Source: a phage. Taken from it: a DNA stretch of 64,000 nucleotides. The stretch is taken from the sequence record PZ338878.1; one strand, written 5' to 3'. The notes beneath the pieces were generated by a model, which was not told the DNA's origin, ran no database searches, and saw nothing but the letters and a program-made list of their open reading frames with translations. Below are positions 64,000 to 64,000 of this stretch, in pieces (position 1 is the first letter of the stretch; each line of letters opens with the position of its first letter). The translations under genes and the position numbers were made by a program.

Positions 64000-64000
64000 A

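Noticed and set aside
1-64000. CRISPR arrays, integrase/transposase genes, or att-like sites
   Set aside because: No regularly spaced direct repeats, and no tyrosine or serine recombinase or transposase motifs, in any frame; the window looks like a strictly virulent phage.

Overview
This 64-kb window looks like part of a large virulent tailed dsDNA phage (myovirus-like, Enterobacteria-style sigma70 promoters and Shine-Dalgarno sites). All calls are from manual reading of the sequence and the supplied ORF translations; no database search or RNA-folding tool was run, so products are motif- or synteny-based and non-ORF coordinates are good to about +/-2 nt. Layout: (i) 1-11.7 kb, minus strand: early DNA/RNA-metabolism genes (DnaQ-like 3'-5' exonuclease, FEN-like 5' nuclease, RdgC-like, MazG-like, DNA ligase, and a three-gene RNA end-healing/sealing cassette). 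(ii) 11.7-12.1 kb: divergent control region. (iii) 12.1-14.8 kb: PRPP-synthetase-like plus nicotinamide-phosphoribosyltransferase-like pair, a candidate NAD+ reconstitution (NARP1-type) counter-defence module. (iv) 15.5-18.4 kb: array of 19 tRNA or tRNA-like genes driven by repeated near-consensus promoters, several structurally aberrant. (v) 18.6-57.5 kb, plus strand: spanin pair, large terminase interrupted by a candidate 158-aa mini-intein inside the Walker A P-loop, portal, scaffold, capsid, sheath, tube, chaperone with a -1 frameshift site, tape measure, baseplate, and at least six receptor-binding or depolymerase-like proteins. (vi) 57.5-64 kb, minus strand: DNA methyltransferase, SSB-like protein, CCA-adding-like nucleotidyltransferase, family A DNA polymerase. 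No CRISPR array, integrase or transposase was seen.
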